Source: Candidatus Dormiibacterota bacterium (GTDB lineage Bacteria > Chloroflexota > Dormibacteria > Aeolococcales > Aeolococcaceae). Taken from it: a DNA stretch of 64,000 nucleotides. The position numbers and the translations under genes are program-made. This document shows, one piece after another, positions 63,266 through 64,000 of the stretch (positions within the stretch are counted from its first letter, which is position 1; every line of letters starts with the position of its first letter). Below the pieces are notes generated by a model. That model did not search any database and was not told where the DNA came from. It saw only the letters and a list, made by a program, of their open reading frames with translations. Where the stretch lies: assembly GCA_963709585.1 (NCBI GenBank), contig CAVPXI010000004.1:128001-192000 (forward strand), written 5' to 3'.

Positions 63266-64000
63266 CTACCCGGCAAGCGCCAAGGCCACCGTGCGCGTCA
63301 CCTCGCCGCGCAGCTCGACTGCACGCCGGCGATCGACGCGAACCCTGACGATCTGAACGCCACCCGACGTGGCCGCCTCGCTCATCGCCGGCACCAATAC
63401 TCGGGCGCTGTCGACAGTCCGAACGCCAATGCCGGCCGCACGCGCGATCGCCTCGAGGTCGAGCCCGTGCGGTGTTCCGAAGAGCAGCTCGAACTCGTCC
63501 TCCGGCAGCGACGCCTGGGTGAGCATCGAGAAGATGCCGCCGCCGTCGTTGTCCACGACCACGAGCACGATGCCCGGGCCGCGCCGCGCGCCCCAGAGCA
63601 GACCCGATGCGTCGTGGAGCACGGACAGATCGCCGAGCAACGCGTACGTCGGTCCGCTGACCTCGGCGATGCCGAGCGCCGTCGACACCAGGCCGTCGAT
63701 GCCGCTGGCGCCACGGTTGGCCAGAACTCGAAGGCCGGTGCGCGGACGCATGTACATGTCGAGATCGCGGACAGGCATGCTCGATCCGGCGAAGAGCACC
63801 CCGCCGTCCGGGATCGCGGCGGCGACATCGCGCGCGATCCGCCCTTCGAACGGCTCGTCCCACGAGTTGAGAAGCTCGTCGACGGCCTGGCGCACCTTGC
63901 GGTCCGCAGCGTGCCACTCATGGAGCCACTGCGGTCGCGTCGCAGGCAGCGACGAGCTCCGTCCGAACAGCGCTGCAACCACTTCTGCCGGATCGTCGTC
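63266..64000 (-). CDS. menD: SEPHCHC synthase, C-terminal part (runs off window)
   Basis: [38 protein letters not shown]. Confidence 0.92.
   Translation of the reverse strand, partial: DDDPAEVVAALFGRSSSLPATRPQWLHEWHAADRKVRQAVDELLNSWDEPFEGRIARDVAAAIPDGGVLFAGSSMPVRDLDMYMRPRTGLRVLANRGASGIDGLVSTALGIAEVSGPTYALLGDLSVLHDASGLLWGARRGPGIVLVVVDNDGGGIFSMLTQASLPEDEFELLFGTPHGLDLEAIARAAGIGVRTVDSARVLVPAMSEAATSGGVQIVRVRVDRRRAVELRGEVTRTVALALAG

Noticed and set aside
9-63917. Many long antisense or alternate-frame ORFs (e.g. 31916..33664, 40898..42421, 60299..62317)
   Set aside because: Expected at this GC content; they overlap well-supported genes and have no motifs
1-64000. CRISPR arrays, tRNA/rRNA, integrase/transposase, defence or RT systems
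   Set aside because: No regularly spaced repeats, cloverleafs or diagnostic motifs seen by eye

Overview
High-GC bacterial chromosome segment, densely coding (about 60 genes). Gene content suggests a monoderm soil organism, most like Ca. Dormibacterota/Chloroflexota with Actinobacteria-type accessory genes; this taxonomy is inference. No rRNA, tRNA, CRISPR array or transposase was seen. From left to right: a phage-like HARP/SNF2 helicase; MarR-controlled detox genes (LLM-hemerythrin fusion, YceI, epoxide hydrolase); a redox island at 12.4-19.5 kb; four GT-C glycosyltransferases; assorted metabolic and transport genes; two ECF sigma/anti-sigma modules; a Nur-like regulator divergent from a NiCoT nickel transporter; and menG-menF-menD. 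The redox island holds an orphan split cytochrome b6/subunit-IV-like operon, an OmpR two-component system, and a ferric-reductase/NuoF-like/ferredoxin operon. About 18 single-base frameshifts suggest long-read consensus errors. At least 8 fall on GACTC/GAGTC, a possible footprint of DNA methylation. Two repeated promoter motifs were found by eye: one shared by two genes flanking the two-component system, and one shared by an ECF sigma gene and a GH3 lipoprotein gene.
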